From IMG/VR virus record IMGVR_UViG_2721755724_000001: a stretch of DNA of 30,675 nt; one strand, 5' to 3'. This DNA comes from a virus (lineage: Duplodnaviria > Heunggongvirae > Uroviricota > Caudoviricetes). Below the pieces are notes generated by a model. That model did no database searches. It was not told where the DNA came from and saw only the letters and a program-made list of their open reading frames with translations. Positions 18,258 to 29,813 of the stretch are shown here, piece after piece. Every line of letters begins with the position of its first letter. Positions within the stretch are counted from its first letter, which is position 1. A program made the translations under genes and the position numbers.

Positions 18258-19124
18258 CTAAGCGAGGTTCTTGTTTTCAAATTGTTCCGGACTGAGGCCG
18301 CCACACCAACTGTGCCGCCGCCACCGATTGTAATCACATTCGATATAATTAAACACCGTTGCCCGCATTATTTCCCGGCTGATAAAGTGTTCTCCATGGA
18401 TACATTCCACTTTCAGCGAATGAAAGAAGCTTTCCACGCAGGCATTATCGTAGCAGCAACCTTTTGCGCTCATACTTCCACGCAGATTATGCCGCTTCAG
18501 TTGCGCCTGATAATCTGCTGAACAGTACTGGCCTCCACGGTCCGTGTGAACGATAACGTTCCGGGGCCTCTTACGCCGCCACAGCGCCATCTGCAGGGCA
18601 TCGCAGGCCAGTTGCGCCGTCATGCGTGGCGACATTGACCAGCCAATAACGGCACGTGACCACAGGTCAATGACCACTGCCAGATACAGCCAGCCTTCAT
18701 CTGTACGTAAGTACGTGATGTCTCCTGCCCACTTCTGGTTCGGGCCACTGGCGTAAAAATCCTGCTCCAACAGATTTTCTGACACAGGCAGGCCGTGTGC
18801 GCGGTAGCTGACCGGGCTGAACTTCCGGGAGGCCTTTGCCCTCAGTCCCTGACGGCGCAGGCTTGCCGCCACGGTTTTTACGTTAAAGGGGTAACCCTGA
18901 GCACGCAGTTCATCCGTCAGGCGTGGGGCACCGTAACGCTGTTTTGACCGGGTAAAAGCCGCGAGGACAACGCTGTCGCAGTGTTGGCGGAACTGCTGAC
19001 GCGTGCTTATCCTTGTCCGCCGCTGACACCACGTATACCAGCCGCTGCGGGCCACCCGGAGCACGCGGCACATTGCTTTGATGCTGAACTCAGCCTGATG
19101 TTTTTCAATAAAGACATACTTCAT
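18258..19124 (-). CDS. insF: IS3 transposase OrfB (InsF)
   Basis: 288-aa ORF matching IS3 InsF (DDE catalytic region); normally expressed as an OrfAB frameshift fusion. Confidence 0.9.
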
Positions 19125-19420
19125 TTCAGGCGCTTCGCGAAGTATGTCGCGGCCTTTTGGAGGATAGCCAGCTCTTCATCCCGTTCTGCCAGCTGGCGTT
19201 TGAGACGTGCAATCTCGGTAGACATCTCCAGTTCACGTTCAGAAGACGTCTGCTGATTTTGCTGTTTACTGCGCCAGTTGTAGAGTTGTGATTCATACAG
19301 GCTGAGTTCACGGGCTGCGGCAGTAACACCGATGCGTTCAGCAAGCTTCAGGGCTTCACTGCGAAATTCAGGCGAATGCTGTTTACGGGGTTTTTTACTG
19401 GTTGATACTGTTTTTGTCAT
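19121..19420 (-). CDS. insE: IS3 transposase OrfA (InsE)
   Basis: 99-aa product [31 protein letters not shown]... matches IS3 InsE. Confidence 0.9.
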
Positions 19421-19806
19421 GTGAGTCACCTCTGACTGAGAGTTTACTCACTTAGCCGCGTGTCCACTATTGCTGGGTAAGATCAAATATCCAAATGGCG
19501 AAACAACACACCTCACTGTAATGGCTGCAGGGTTTCCATCTCTGACCGGAGATCATAAAGTCATTTATGTAGCAGCGGATCGACATGTAACTTCAGAAGA
19601 AATTCTGGAAGCAGCAATGAGACTCTTGAATTGATTTGATTCTAATGCATTGATAATAAATGATAATCATCTTTATCTGTTTGTGTGAAATTTAGACCGT
19701 CGTATGTTGATTATTGCGATGTTTCATCTTATCTTTTATACGTTTGCTCCATATAATTGACACTACTGTGTACCAGGAAAGTCATAACAGACTAAAAGAG
19801 GAAATG

Positions 19807-19980
19807 ATGAACATTGAAGAGTTAAAAACAAAAACAGAAGCAGATATTTCTGAATATATAACAAAAAAAATCATTGAGCTTAAGAAAAAGACCGGGAAAG
19901 AAGTTACCAGTATCCAGTTTACTGCACGGGAAAAAATGACTGGTCTTGAAAGCTATGATATCAAGATTGATTTAATCTAG
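19807..19980 (+). CDS. gnsB: GnsB-family small protein
   Basis: 57-aa product MNIEELKTKTEADISEYITKKIIELKKKTGKEVTSIQFTAREKMTGLESYDIKIDLI resembles GnsB; a hairpin plus U-run follows at about 20044-20070. Confidence 0.8.
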   Translation: MNIEELKTKTEADISEYITKKIIELKKKTGKEVTSIQFTAREKMTGLESYDIKIDLI

Positions 19981-20273
19981 TCTGTTTAGTATTAGCATCA
20001 ATTTCTCATCAGATGCTATTCAACAATACAAATTACCCATAAACCTCGTTTTTACGGGGTTTTGTTATATTTAAACATTACCGAATAGGTATAAATCTCG
20101 ATTGTCGATGGTATTGGTTGTGTGACAATACCTAGTCTTTCCGGTATGCCTGAAGAGAATACAAACGACAGATTATGTAAGGGAAACGCGCTGAATCTTT
20201 AACTCTTTCATGCTGAGTGATTTGACGTTATATTTTTAGCCGTAAGTGAAGAGCAAACGCATGGAGCGACAAA

Positions 20274-20480
20274 ATGCATAAAGATCAATACACTGATGCC
20301 CCCTCCCAGGAGCAGGTTCGTGTAAAAACTATGCTTAATAGCACCATTTCGATGGGTTACCCGGATGTTGTAATTGCATGTATAGAACATCAAGTGTCTC
20401 TGGAAGCATTCAGGGCAATTGAGGCCGCGTTAGTAAAGCACGATAAGAATACGAAGGATTATTCCCTGGTGGTTGACTGA
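20274..20480 (+). CDS. Hypothetical small protein (68 aa)
   Basis: ATG with GGAGCG Shine-Dalgarno-like sequence; lies where Qin carries ydfO/ynfO; family not recognised. Confidence 0.35.
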   Translation: MHKDQYTDAPSQEQVRVKTMLNSTISMGYPDVVIACIEHQVSLEAFRAIEAALVKHDKNTKDYSLVVD

Positions 20481-21031
20481 TCACCATAACTGCTAACCAT
20501 TCTGACCATTTCACAAGTGACAGAGTCAATATCGTATTCTGTCACTGTCAGGCTAATACAGCAATGCAATTCAACTACAGCAATGCCTCGTATTTAGGTG
20601 AATTTACAATATCGTCCAGTTCGGATGCCGGCTGCATTTCTGAAGATAAGGCATTTCGGTTCTCGTATTTTCCCCTCATGCTCGTCAGTCCTGCGCGTAG
20701 TAAGAAACAGGACACTCACACTAATTTGTGTGGGCATGCTGTGATGTCCTTCTGAATTATCCCCATGCCATTATGTAAAGCTCTGTTTCAGATGCTCGTC
20801 ACGGTTGTCAGGCTGTCGGGTCCTCCCAGTGGGGGTCCCTGCCACGGGGCGGGAGCGTCGCGGAAAAAGGCTAGTTTTTGCATTTCCATGGCGGCGGCAG
20901 CATGTTTGGTAATTTATTGATAATTAAAAAGTTATTTCTCTTTTCAGCTGTACAATATTTTTTTCTCCCTGTCATTAGACTAGTTTGCAATTAATTGAAA
21001 TATATAAATAAACCTGATTTTCACCTGCCAG

Positions 21032-21588
21032 ATGGAGTTGCTTATGTCAAATGTGAGCGGGATCGGTGATGCTTATTACTGGAGTGTTTTTAAAATCGCC
21101 GAGGCCTTTGGGCTTCACCGGGACACAGTAAAAAAACGGCTCCTCGCGGCCAACACTCCTGTGGCTGCGACTGTCAGGGGGAACCCCGTTACCGGTTTGT
21201 CGCCTTAACCGATTACGACCGTTTTCCGGAGAATATCGACAGCGAGGGTGATGGTTTCTCCCAGGCCTCAAAACGTACCACCACATTTATGTCCGCCGGG
21301 ATGACTCTGGTGGAGAGCTCGCCGGGACGTGACATCTGCGACAGCAAATGGCGACGTAAGTCGCCTCATGAAGCGCCACCGACGACTGGTATTCTTTCCC
21401 TTTACAATCGTGGTGACCGCCGCCGCTGGTACTGGCCATGTCCGCACTGCGGTGAATATTTTCAGCCAGCCATGGATGCCATGACCGGCTACCGTAATGA
21501 ACCGGATCCCTTTAAAGCCAGTGATGCGCTGTATGCCGGTATGGAACGGGCAGACGCTGACGTTCGTGCAGGACCGACCATCAGATAA
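21032..21588 (+). pseudogene. Remnants of the terminase region: short small-subunit-like N-terminal ORF and an internal large-subunit (GpA-family-like) fragment
   Basis: 59-codon ORF (MELLMSNVSGIGDAYYWSVFKIAEAFGLHRDTVKKRL...) then a frame containing WYWPCPHCGEYFQP, similar to the CPHCGE motif of lambda gpA; no ATPase domain is present. Confidence 0.4.
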
Positions 21589-23968
21589 GGTGTGGACCTA
21601 TAACCGCAGTAATGTGGTGATGCCGGATGATGGCGCGCCGTTCCGCTACAGCTTCAGCGCCCTGAAGGACCGCCATAATGCCGTTGAGGTGAACTGGATT
21701 GACCCGAACAACGGCTGGGAGACGGCGACAGAGCTTGTTGAAGATACGCAGGCCATTGCCCGTTACGGTCGTAATGTCACGAAGATGGATGCCTTTGGCT
21801 GTACCAGCCGGGGGCAGGCACACCGCGCCGGGCTGTGGCTGATTAAAACGGAACTGCTGGAGACGCAGACCGTGGATTTCAGCGTGGGTGCTGAAGGGCT
21901 TCGCCATGTACCGGGCGATGTCATTGAAATCTGCGATGATGACTATGCCGGTATCAGCACCGGCGGGCGCGTGCTGGCGGTAAACAGCCAGACCCGGACG
22001 CTGACGCTCGACCGTGAAATCACGCTGCCATCTTCCGGCACCACGCTGATAAGCCTGGTTGACGGGCAGGGGAGTCCGGTCAGCGTGGAGGTTCAGTCCG
22101 TCACCGACGGCGTGAAGGTAAAAGTGAGCCGTGTTCCTGACGGTGTTGCTGAATACAGCGTATGGGGGCTGAAGCTGCCGACGCTGCGCCAGCGACTGTT
22201 CCGCTGCGTGAGTATCCGTGAGAACGACGACGGCACGTATGCCATCACCGCCGTGCAGCATGTGCCGGAAAAAGAGGCCATCGTGGATAACGGGGCGCAC
22301 TTTGACGGCGACCAGAGCGGCACGGTGAATGGTGTCACGCCGCCAGCGGTGCAGCACCTGACTGCCGAAGTCACCGCAGACAGCGGGGAGTATCAGGTAC
22401 TGGCCCGCTGGGACACGCCGAAGGTGGTGAAGGGGGTGAGCTTTATGCTTCGCCTGACCGTGGCAGCGGACGACGGCAGTGAGCGGCTGGTCAGCACGGC
22501 CCGGACGACAGAAACCACATACCGCTTCACGCAACTGGCGCTGGGACGGTACACGCTGACAGTCCGGGCGGTAAATGCGTGGGGACAGCAGGGCGATCCG
22601 GCGTCGGTATCGTTCCGGATTGCCGCACCGGTAGCACCGTCGCGGATTGAGCTGACGCCGGGCTATTTTCAGATAACTGCCACGCCGCATCTTGCGGTTT
22701 ATGATCCGACGGTACAGTTTGAGTTCTGGTTCTCGGAAACGCGGATTACCGATATCAGGCAGGTTGAAACCACAGCCCGCTACCTTGGTGCGGGGCTGTA
22801 CTGGATAGCCGCCAGTATCAATATCAAACCGGGCCATGATTATTACTTTTATATCCGCAGTGTGAACACCGTTGGCAAATCGGCATTCGTGGAGGCTGTT
22901 GGTCAGCCGAGTGATGACGCATCCGGCTATCTGGATTTTTTCAAAGGCGAGATAGGGAAAACCCATCTGGCTCAGGAGCTGTGGACGCAGATTGATAACG
23001 GTCAGCTTGCGCCTGACCTGGCTGAAATCAGGACATCCATTACGGATGTCAGCAATGAAATCACACAGACCGTCAATAAGAAACTGGAAGACCAGAGTGC
23101 AGCGATTCAGCAGATACAGAAGGTTCAGGTTGATACAAATAATAACCTGAACAGCATGTGGGCCGTGAAACTGCAGCAGATGCAGGACGGACGCCTTTAT
23201 ATTGCGGGTATCGGTGCCGGTATTGAGAATACGCCAGCAGGAATGCAGAGTCAGGTGCTGCTGGCGGCAGACAGGATTGCGATGATTAATCCTGCGAATG
23301 GCAACACAAAGCCGATGTTTGTTGGTCAGGGTGATCAGATATTCATGAACGACGTGTTCCTGAAACGCCTGACGGCTCCCACCATTACCAGCGGCGGTAA
23401 TCCTCCTGCATTTTCCCTTACACCGGACGGGCGACTGACGGCGAAAAATGCGGATATCAGTGGCAGTGTGAATGCGAACGCCGGGACGCTCAACAATGTC
23501 ACGATAAATGAAAACTGTCGGGTTCTGGGAAAACTGTCTGCGAACCAGATTGAAGGCGATCTCGTTAAAACAGTGGGCAAAGCTTTCCCCCGGGACTCCC
23601 GTGCACCGGAGCGGTGGCCATCAGGGACCATTACCGTCAGGGTTTATGACGATCAGCCGTTTGACCGGCAGATTGTTATTCCCACGGTGGCGTTTCGTGA
23701 CGCTAAACATGAGCGGGAGAATAACGATATTTATTCGTCATGCCGCCTGATAGTGAAGAAAAACGGTGCTGAAATTTATAACCGTACCGCGCTGGATAAT
23801 ACGCTGGTTTATACAGGTGTTATTGATATGCCTGCCGGTCACGGTCACATGACGCTGGAGTTTTCGGTATCAGCGTGGCTGGTAAATGACTGGTATCCCA
23901 CAGCCAGTATCAGTGATTTGCTGGTTGTGGTGATGAAGAAATCCACAGCAGGTATCAGTATCAGCTGA
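21551..23968 (+). pseudogene. Host specificity protein J (central tail fibre), C-terminal roughly two-thirds only
   Basis: Near-identity over hundreds of residues to lambda J from ...[29 protein letters not shown]... to the C-terminus; the apparent N-terminus of the 823-aa ORF is out-of-frame terminase-region sequence. Left boundary approximate (about 30 bp). Confidence 0.8.
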
Positions 23969-23987
23969 ATTTTATAACCCATATGCG

Positions 23988-24015
23988 GGCGCCATTTCTG
24001 GCGCCTTTTTTATTG
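23988..24015 (+). terminator. Rho-independent terminator after J
   Basis: GGCGCCA-TTTC-TGGCGCC hairpin followed by a T-run. Confidence 0.6.
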
Positions 24016-24035
24016 CAGAAAAGCGAGAGGTAATT

Positions 24036-24635
24036 ATGCGTAAAGTTTGTGCAGCCATTTTGTCCGCAGCCATCTGTCTGGCCGTATCCGGTGCGCCTGC
24101 ATGGGCGTCTGAGCAGCAGGCCACACTGAGCGCAGGGTATCTTCATGCCTCGACGAACGTTCCCGGTAGTGATGATCTGAACGGGATTAACGTGAAATAC
24201 CGTTATGAGTTTACGGACACGCTGGGGCTGATTACGTCATTCAGTTATGCCAACGCTGAAGATGAGCAAAAAACGCATTACAGCGATACCCGCTGGCATG
24301 AGGATTCCGTGCGTAACCGCTGGTTCAGCGTGATGGCGGGGCAGTCTGTGCGCGTGAATGAATGGTTCAGCGCGTATGCGATGGCGGGTGTGGCTTACAG
24401 CCGTGTGTCGACTTTCTCCGGGGATTATCTCCGCGTAACTGACAACAAGGGGAAAACGCACGATGTGCTGACCGGAAGTGATGACGGTCGCCACAGCAAC
24501 ACGTCTCTGGCGTGGGGGGCTGGCGTGCAGTTTAACCCGACCGAATCCGTGGCCATTGATATTGCTTATGAAGGTTCCGGCAGTGGTGACTGGCGCACTG
24601 ACGGTTTCATCGTGGGTGTCGGTTATAAATTCTGA
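24036..24635 (+). CDS. lom: Lom-family outer-membrane protein (Ail/Lom/PagC beta-barrel)
   Basis: 199-aa ORF with signal peptide and an Ail/Lom-type beta-barrel pattern ending ...GFIVGVGYKF; position after J as in lambda. Confidence 0.9.
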   Translation: MRKVCAAILSAAICLAVSGAPAWASEQQATLSAGYLHASTNVPGSDDLNGINVKYRYEFTDTLGLITSFSYANAEDEQKTHYSDTRWHEDSVRNRWFSVMAGQSVRVNEWFSAYAMAGVAYSRVSTFSGDYLRVTDNKGKTHDVLTGSDDGRHSNTSLAWGAGVQFNPTESVAIDIAYEGSGSGDWRTDGFIVGVGYKF

Positions 24636-24662
24636 TTAGCCAGGTAACACAGTGTTATGACA

Positions 24663-24689
24663 GCCCGCCGGTTCAGGCGGGTTTTTTTG
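24663..24689 (+). terminator. Rho-independent terminator after lom
   Basis: CCCGCC-GGTTCA-GGCGGG hairpin followed by a 7-T run. Confidence 0.6.
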
Positions 24690-25029
24690 TGGGGGGAATA
24701 TGGCAGTACGGATTTCAGGTGTACTGAAAGATGGCGCAGGTAAGCCGATACAAAACTGCACCATTCAGCTAAAGGCCAGGCGCAACAGCACCACGGTGGT
24801 GGTGAACACAGTGGCCTCAGAAAACCCGGATGAAGCCGGGCGTTACAGCATGGACGTTGAGTACGGTCAGTACAGCGTTATTCTGTTGGTGGAAGGCTTC
24901 CCGCCATCGCATGCCGGGACCATCACCGTGTATGAAGACTCACAACCGGGTACGCTGAATGATTTTCTCGGTGCCATGACGGAGGATGATGTCCGTCCGG
25001 AGGCACTGCGCCGCTTTGAACTGATGGTG

Positions 25030-25700
25030 GAAGAGGTGGCGCGTAACGCGTCCGCAGTGGCACAGAACACGGCAGCCGCGAAGAAGTCAGCCAGTGATGC
25101 CCGCACATCAGCCCGTGAGGCGGCAACCCATGCGACTGATGCTGCGGACTCCGCACGCGCAGCCAGCACGTCAGCCGGACAGGCCGCGTCGTCGGCTCAG
25201 TCAGCGTCTTCCAGCGCAGGAACGGCATCAACAAAGGCTACTGAAGCATCAAAAAGTGCTGCCGCTGCAGAGTCTTCAAAAAGCGCGGCAGCCACCAGTG
25301 CCGGTGCAGCGAAAACGTCAGAAACGAATGCCGCAGCATCACAAAAATCTGCGGCCACTTCTGCATCCACCGCGACCACGAAAGCGTCAGAAGCTGCCAC
25401 CTCAGCCCGGGATGCGTCGGCTTCAAAAGTGGCGGCAAAATCATCAGAAACGAGCGCAGCCTCGAGCGCCGGCAGTGCAGCTTCCTCGGCAACGGCGGCA
25501 GGAAATTCCGCGAAGGCCGCAAAAACGTCTGAGATGAATGCGGATAACAGCGCACAGGCGGCAGCAGACTCACAAACTGCATCGGCAAATTCCGCGACAG
25601 CAGCCAAAAAATCAGAAACCAACGCGAAAAATAGTGAGTCAGCAGCAAAGGTCAGCGAAACCAACGCTAAAGCGTCAGAGAACAAGGCGAAAGAATATCT
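25030..25700 (+). repeat. Ala/Ser/Thr/Lys-rich low-complexity repeat region within stf
   Basis: About 200 codons of short degenerate SA..A..S/KSA repeats, as in lambda Stf; generates long spurious ORFs on other frames and strands. Confidence 0.7.
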
Positions 25701-27612
25701 CGACAAGGTCGGGGGACTCGTCAGCCCGATGACGCAATACGATTGGCCCGTTGTTACTGGTAATGAGTCTTTTTACATAAAGATCGCGAAACTTTCCGAT
25801 CCCGGAAGCAACAATTGCCATGTAACGCTAATGGTTACTAACGGCGGTGACTACGGCTCCCCTTACGGAAACATTGACTTTATCGAGATCTCGGCGCGCG
25901 GTCTGCCTTCTTCGCTTACTGCTGATAATGTATCTCGTTACCTGAGTATACGCCGTTTAGGGCCAACCGGGCTAATCAATAGCATGCAAATGCGTTACGG
26001 CCTGGTTAAAGATGATGGCTTTATTGAGGTTTGGGCCTTCCAGCGTGCATTTATCAACGGCGCAAAGGTTGCGGTACTGGCGCAGACGGCACGCACGGAA
26101 TTATACATTCCAGACGGATTTGTTAAGCAAACCGCCGCGCCTTCTGGATATGTTGAAAGCCCCGTTGTAAGGATTTACGACCAGTTAAACAAGCCGACTA
26201 AAGCAGATTTGGGTCTTTCTAATGCTATGCTTACAGGCGCTTTCGGTCTTGGCGGTAGCGGGATATCAACAAACGGCAAGATGAGCGATGTAGAGATCTT
26301 AAAAGCTCTGCGTGACAAAGGTGGTCATTTCTGGCGCGGTGATAAGCCGACCGGAAGCACGGCGACCATTTATAGCCACGGTTCTGGTATATTCTCGCGG
26401 TGCGGCGATACGTGGTCAGCGATCAATATCGACTACTCAACCGCGAAGATTAAGATCTATGCCGGCAACGATGCCCGGCTTAACAACGGGACTTTTAGCA
26501 TCAATGAGCTATACGGCTCGGCAAACAAGCCGTCGAAATCGGATGTTGGACTTGGCAACGTAACGAACGATGCGCAGGTAAAAAAAACCGGCGATACAAT
26601 GACCTGTGACTTGACAATCAAAAAAGGTACACCGTCAGTCTTCCTGCGGGCAGACAGTGGAGTCACCGCTTTGCGGTTTTATACTGGCGATAACACAGAG
26701 CGCGGCATAATCTATGCTGGTCCTAACACTGATTCGCTTGGCGAAGTTCGCATCAGGGCAAAGACAGCAGGGGGGACATCAGGAGGGGATCTTGTTGTTC
26801 GTCACGACGGGAGGGTTGAAGTCCGTGATCTCACAGTAGCGTATAAAATTAAAAGCAGAACGATTGAGATTGCAAATACCGACACTGACTCATCGGCAAC
26901 TACGCTCAGCATCTATGGAGTACAGCACACGCCGTTGGTTTTAACGCGTTCTGGTTCTTCTGAAAATGTGTCCATTGGGTTTAAGTTAGACAACATGAAC
27001 CCAAAGTATCTTGGAATTGATACTAATGGGGATCTGGCTTTTGGTGAGAGTCCTGATCAGAAACAAAACAGCAAATTGATCACGCAAGCGAAACTCGACA
27101 AGGGATTAACGATTGGTGGTCAACTGGCTTTCAAAGGTACGACAGCGTTTTCAGCCGTTGCTACGTTCAGTGCCGGGATAGCAGGAGCCATCGAGCCGGA
27201 AAACATTGACGGCCAGACGGTTAATCTTAACAACCTGACCATCATCAAGTCAGATGCCGGGGCAGTTAAATACTATATTTGTCCATCCTCTGCAGGTGGT
27301 GCAAATATTACCAATAAGCCTGACGGCATAGCCGGTAACTTTTTGCTCCGTGTAGAGTCGACTCGTAAGGTTAGGGATTCAGATTATGCGAACATGCAAA
27401 CGCTGATTAACAGCGACACAAAACGTATATACGTTCGCTTTGTTGTTAATGGAAACTGGACAGCGTGGAGTCAGGTTGTTGTTTCCGGATGGAATCAGGA
27501 TATAACTGTCAGGTCGTTAACTAGACTGGCCCCCTGAATCTCCAGACAACCAATATCACTTAAATAAGTGATAGTCTTAATACTAGTTTTTAGACTAGTC
27601 ATTGGAGAACAG

Positions 27613-27978
27613 ATGATTGATGTCTTAGGGCCGGAGAAACGCAGACGGCGTACCACACAGGAAAAGATCGCAATTGTTCAGCAGAGCTTTGAACCGGGGA
27701 TGACGGTCTCCCTCGTTGCCCGGCAACATGGTGTAGCAGCCAGCCAGTTATTTCTCTGGCGTAAGCAATACCAGGAAGGAAGTCTTACTGCTGTCGCCGC
27801 CGGAGAACAGGTTGTTCCTGCCTCTGAACTTGCTGCCGCCATGAAGCAGATTAAAGAACTCCAGCGCCTGCTCGGCAAGAAAACGATGGAAAATGAACTC
27901 CTCAAAGAAGCCGTTGAATATGGACGGGCAAAAAAGTGGATAGCGCACGCGCCCTTATTGCCCGGGGATGGGGAGTAA
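27613..27978 (+). CDS. insC: IS2 transposase OrfA (InsC), copy 2
   Basis: Identical 121-aa product to copy 1. Confidence 0.9.
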
Positions 27979-28757
27979 GCTTAGTCAGCCGTTGTCTCCG
28001 GGTGTCGCGTGCGCAGTTGCACGTCATTCTCAGACGAACCGATGACTGGATGGATGGCCGCCGCAGTCGTCACACTGATGATACGGATGTGCTTCTCCGT
28101 ATACACCATGTTATCGGAGAGCTGCCCACGTATGGTTATCGTCGGGTATGGGCGCTGCTTCGCAGACAGGCAGAACTTGATGGTATGCCTGCGATCAATG
28201 CCAAACGTGTTTACCGGATCATGCGCCAGAATGCGCTGTTGCTTGAGCGAAAACCTGCTGTACCGCCATCGAAACGGGCACATACAGGCAGAGTGGCCGT
28301 GAAAGAAAGCAATCAGCGATGGTGCTCTGACGGGTTCGAGTTCTGCTGTGATAACGGAGAGAGACTGCGTGTCACGTTCGCGCTGGACTGCTGTGATCGT
28401 GAGGCACTGCACTGGGCGGTCACTACCGGCGGCTTCAACAGTGAAACAGTACAGGACGTCATGCTGGGAGCGGTGGAACGCCGCTTCGGCAACGATCTTC
28501 CGTCGTCTCCAGTGGAGTGGCTGACGGATAATGGTTCATGCTACCGGGCTAATGAAACACGCCAGTTCGCCCGGATGTTGGGACTTGAACCGAAGAACAC
28601 GGCGGTGCGGAGTCCGGAGAGTAACGGAATAGCAGAGAGCTTCGTGAAAACGATAAAGCGTGACTACATCAGTATCATGCCCAAACCAGACGGGTTAACG
28701 GCAGCAAAGAACCTTGCAGAGGCGTTCGAGCATTATAACGAATGGCAATCCGCATAG
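27936..28757 (+). pseudogene. insD: IS2 insD, copy 2, frameshifted near the 3' end
   Basis: Copy 2 reads GAATGGCAATCCGCA where copy 1 reads GAATGGCATCCGCA (one extra A), giving ...EHYNEWQSA* (273 aa) in place of the 301-aa product. Confidence 0.8.
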
Positions 28758-29813
28758 TGCGCTGGGTTATCGCTCGCCACGGGAATATCTGCGGCAGCGG
28801 GCTTGTAATGGGTTAAGTGATAACAGATGTCTGGAAATATAGGGGCAAATCCATTAACCACATCTAGTCCGGTAAAATCTGGCGGAGGGCGAATTGATGT
28901 CCTTGGAAGCACGTCAGACTATAGCAAAATGGATTGCTTTGTACGTGGGTTTGATAGCACCGGTAATTCTCTCGCGTGGGCGTTGGGTTCATCAGCCGGC
29001 GTAAGTAAGATGCTGTCGCTAAAAAATTTCTTTAGCGGAGCTGAGATACTGTTAAATGGTAATGACGGCACGGTTCAACTCAAAACAGGTGCTGTTAACG
29101 GGGCTACAGCGCAGGCGCTCACTATCAACAGGAATGAGGTTAACTCAACTGTTGATTTAACCCTTACAAAACAATCAGGGACTGGCAATCGTTTTGTTTT
29201 ACAGAACTCAGGTAATGCAGAACTACCGTTTTCTGTCAGGGTGTGGGGTTCCAGTACTCGACAAAACGTTTTTGAGGTTGGCACGTCTGCTGCGTATCTG
29301 TTTTATGCGCAAAAAACGTCAGCAGGCCAGTTGTTTGATGTAAATGGCGCTATTAATTGCACAACGCTGAATCAGTCATCAGACCGCGACCTTAAAGACG
29401 ATATTCTCGTTATCAGCGACGCGACGAAAGCAATCCGTAAAATGAACGGATACACCTACACGCTCAGGGAAAACGGGATGCCTTATGCTGGCGTTATTGC
29501 ACAGGAAGTAATGGAGGCGATACCAGAAGCTGTGGGATCGTTTACTCATTATGGTGAAGAGTTGCAAGGTCCGACCGTTGACGGCAACGAGCTACGCGAA
29601 GAAACGCGCTATCTTAATGTTGACTACGCCGCCGTGACGGGCTTACTTGTTCAGTTCGCCCGTGAAACAGATGATCGCGTTACCGCGCTGGAAGAGGAAA
29701 ACACAACGCTACGTCAAAATCTGGCAACAGCAGACACCCGGATCAGCACTCTGGAAAATCAGGTAAGCGAACTGGTTGCACTTGTCCGGCAGTTAACAGG
29801 AAGCGAACATTGA

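Larger units (their letters stand above)
18228..19485 (-). mobile_element. IS3, 1258 bp, flanked by 3-bp target-site duplication AAT
   Basis: Ends TGATCCTACCCACGTAATATGGACACAGG... and ...CACTATTGCTGGGTAAGATCA match IS3 inverted repeats; AAT at 18225-18227 and 19486-19488. Confidence 0.95.
18182..19634 (+). pseudogene. Small ORF (about 64 codons when restored) split by the IS3 insertion
   Basis: ATG at 18182; frame is continuous across the insertion when IS3 and one AAT copy are removed (MVVPVMTGVNTIMREYPNGETTHLTVMAAGFPSLTG...RLLN*). Whether it is a real gene is uncertain. Confidence 0.3.
27522..28853 (+). mobile_element. IS2 (copy 2), 1332 bp, flanked by 5-bp target-site duplication TTAAC; inverted relative to copy 1
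   Basis: Ends TAGACTGGCCCCCTGAATCTCCAGACAACC... and ...CAGATGTCTGGAAATATAGGGGCAAATCCA; TTAAC at 27517-27521 and 28854-28858; one base longer than copy 1. Confidence 0.95.
24700..29813 (+). pseudogene. stf: Side tail fibre gene (Stf-like, about 1258 codons when restored) interrupted by IS2 copy 2
   Basis: N-terminus matches lambda Stf (MAVRISGVLKDGAGKPIQNCTIQLKARRNSTTVVVNT...); frame 24700-27521 continues in frame at 28859-29813 after removing IS2 and one TTAAC copy; C-terminal part carries a Ser-x4-Lys motif (SDRDLK) typical of self-cleaving tail-fibre chaperone domains. Confidence 0.8.

Noticed and set aside
20035-20070. Sequence CCATAAACCTCGTTTTTACGGGG resembling a half-site of Din-family invertase crossover sites
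   Set aside because: Only one half shows the AAACC core and there is no matching inverted partner near pin. It is better explained as the gnsB terminator hairpin (CCUCG/CGGGG stem with a G-U pair plus U-run).
20564-20755. 63-aa ORF
   Set aside because: No ribosome-binding site and no recognisable family; lies in a region that looks like decayed intergenic sequence.
21497-21550. Apparent N-terminus ([18 protein letters not shown]...) of the 823-aa J ORF
   Set aside because: This stretch is terminase-region DNA read in another frame; the ORF is open across a deletion junction by chance, so it is not the true start of J.
21581-22966. 461-aa ORF on the minus strand
   Set aside because: Lies entirely antisense to the strongly conserved J coding sequence; Arg/Pro-rich composition typical of antisense frames of GC-rich genes.
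24867-25706. Several long ORFs (100-169 aa) on both strands, including a 169-aa Ala-rich minus-strand ORF
   Set aside because: All overlap the Ala/Ser-rich repeat of stf; repetitive GC-rich sequence keeps alternative frames open. The stf frame is the only one with homology support.
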